The notes under the pieces were generated by a model. It did no database searches, was not told where the DNA came from, and saw only the letters and a program-made list of their open reading frames with translations. This document shows, one piece after another, positions 62,504 to 64,000 of a stretch of 64,000 nt of DNA. The stretch is from Burkholderiales bacterium (lineage in GTDB: Bacteria; Pseudomonadota; Gammaproteobacteria; Burkholderiales; SG8-39): positions 395-64,394 of the forward strand of contig DASWEU010000201.1 of NCBI GenBank assembly GCA_036394595.1, given 5' to 3'. The position numbers were made by a program, and so were the translations under genes. Position 1 is the stretch's first letter, and each line of letters opens with the position of its first letter.

Positions 62504-64000
62504 ATGAGAATGCGCAAGATACTTTTATCCGGCGTGGCTGCCATCGGTATTGCAGTCCTGGGTTTGGTTGCACCGGCTTCACTGCAGGCTCAGCAGGCGG
62601 CCGCAGTCGCCATCGACAACGACGACATCGGCGGCGTGGTCGCCGGGCCGAAGGGCCCGGAGGCGGGCGTCTGGGTGATCGCGGAAACGCGCGACCTGCC
62701 GGTGCGCTTCATCCGCATCGTCGTCACCGACGACCAGGGCCGTTACGTCATCCCCGACCTGCCGAAAGCCAATTACGACGTGTGGGTGCGCGGCTATGGC
62801 CTGGTCGATTCGCCCAAAGTGAAGAGCGCGCCTGGCAAGCACCTCAACCTGACGGCGGTGCCGGCGCCGAACGAAGCGGCCGCCGCGCAGTATTACCCAG
62901 CGCTCTACTGGTTCGCGATGATGAAAATCCCCGAGGCCAGCGTTTTCGGCAGCAAGGAAGCGCCGCAGAACGTGAAGCTCACCGACTATCCCAATGGCAT
63001 GAAGAACAACGGCTGCGTCGGCTGCCACCAGCTCGGCCAGCTTTCGACCCGTACGATTCCTGACTACCATCTCAAAGGCCGCACCCATCAGGAAGCCTGG
63101 GTCCGCCGCATCCAGTCCGGTCAGGCGGGCGAGAACATGGTCCTCATTGCCGCGGGCCAGCTTGGCGGCATGCCGTTCAAATACCTCGGCGACTGGACCG
63201 AACGCATCGCCAAGGGTGAGCTGCCGGATACCAAGCCGACGCGGCCGCAAGGCGTCGAGCGCAACATCGTCGTCACGCTGCGCGACTGGCACAACGACAA
63301 GCAGTACCTGCACGACCTGATCGCCAGCGACCGGCGCTATCCGACGGTCAACGGCTACGGGCCGGTCTACGGCCAGTGCGAGCATGCCTGCAATGACATG
63401 CCGATTCTCGATCCGGTGAAGAACGTCGCGACGAATTTTGTCCTGCCGACGACGCCCGATATGCCGCTGGCGCTCGGGCCCGGCAATGCCGGCTCGGTCA
63501 AGATCCTTCAGCCCTCGGCCTATTGGGGCGAAGAAAACATCTGGGACAGCAAGGCCAACAATCACAACTCGATGATCGACCGCAAGGGCCGCGTCTGGCT
63601 CGCGGCGACGGGCCACAAGCCGGATAACCCCGACTTCTGCAAGAAAGGCTCGACGCATCCGTCGGCGGTGGAGTTTCCGCTCAACAGCACCAACCGCCGC
63701 GTGACGATGTACGACCCGAAGACCGGCAAGTACACCGCCTACCAGACCTGCTTCGGCTCGCATCATCTGCAGTTCGGCTACGACGCCAACGAGACGATAT
63801 GGGCGAGCACCGGCGGCGGCGGCGGCAATGTCGGCTGGATCAACACCAAGATGCTCGACGAGACCGGCGACATCCAGAAGTCGCAGGGCTGGACGGCGCT
63901 GGTGCTCGACACCAACGGCAACGGGCAGCGCGATGAGTACACCGAGCCCGGCAAGCCGCAGGAGCCGGGCAAGGACATGCGCATCGGCGCGACGTTCTAC
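62504..64000 (+). CDS. Secreted CarboxypepD_reg-like plus CxxCH protein (paralogue type of 49712..51349), 3'-partial at the window end
   Basis: Not in the ORF track because it has no stop. My own translation runs from the ATG at 62504 (AGGAGGAGG RBS): MRMRKILLSGVAAIGIAVLGLVAPASLQA..., VWVIAETRDLPVRFIRIVVTDDQGRYVIPDLP, CVGCHQLG. It is open to nt 64000, and the 395-aa antisense track ORF is spurious. Confidence 0.75.
   Translation, partial: MRMRKILLSGVAAIGIAVLGLVAPASLQAQQAAAVAIDNDDIGGVVAGPKGPEAGVWVIAETRDLPVRFIRIVVTDDQGRYVIPDLPKANYDVWVRGYGLVDSPKVKSAPGKHLNLTAVPAPNEAAAAQYYPALYWFAMMKIPEASVFGSKEAPQNVKLTDYPNGMKNNGCVGCHQLGQLSTRTIPDYHLKGRTHQEAWVRRIQSGQAGENMVLIAAGQLGGMPFKYLGDWTERIAKGELPDTKPTRPQGVERNIVVTLRDWHNDKQYLHDLIASDRRYPTVNGYGPVYGQCEHACNDMPILDPVKNVATNFVLPTTPDMPLALGPGNAGSVKILQPSAYWGEENIWDSKANNHNSMIDRKGRVWLAATGHKPDNPDFCKKGSTHPSAVEFPLNSTNRRVTMYDPKTGKYTAYQTCFGSHHLQFGYDANETIWASTGGGGGNVGWINTKMLDETGDIQKSQGWTALVLDTNGNGQRDEYTEPGKPQEPGKDMRIGATFY

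Overview
High-GC (about 65-70% in sample lines counted by hand) chromosomal segment that looks betaproteobacterial (Burkholderiales/Rhodocyclales-like). The lineage call rests on five 'Bug'/TctC-type tripartite tricarboxylate-transporter binding proteins and a korCAB-type 2-oxoglutarate oxidoreductase cluster. Genes are densely packed, and many neighbours are coupled by ATGA/GTGA/TTGA start-stop overlaps. Content is mostly housekeeping or catabolic:
- a HAAT-type ABC amino-acid importer operon with a flavin monooxygenase and a DUF1445 hydro-lyase;
- several amidohydrolases, a type IV pilin, transaldolase and a PAS sensor;
- GST, formamidase and an NfeD/SPFH pair;
- ArsR and TetR regulator units, each with a palindromic candidate operator;
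- a sulfite-dehydrogenase (SorAB/SoxCD-like) cluster surrounded by beta-propeller and CxxCH proteins;
- a two-subunit GMC dehydrogenase;
- an ECF sigma/anti-sigma operon with a CuA-like cupredoxin.

The stand-out feature is a sharply bounded low-GC island (about 18.72-22.76 kb; sample lines 30-53% GC) directly downstream of korB. It encodes five co-directional, partly overlapping genes:
- a small PD-(D/E)xK nuclease-fold protein;
- a MazG-like all-alpha NTP pyrophosphohydrolase with an unassigned C-terminal half;
- a short, divergent thymidylate-synthase-fold protein that keeps the catalytic-Cys motif;
- a family-4 Fe-S uracil-DNA-glycosylase domain fused to a DUF4065/Panacea-like domain;
- a 3-TM membrane protein.

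I interpret this as a candidate, apparently undescribed, pyrimidine-nucleotide/uracil-DNA-centred conflict (anti-phage or toxin-antitoxin-like) system. This is inference from motifs only. I recognised no rRNA, tRNA, CRISPR array, integrase or transposase by eye. Many long ORFs in the supplied track are GC-driven antisense or read-through artefacts. One real partial gene at the 3' end (62504..64000 +) and a 36-aa ORF are missing from the track.
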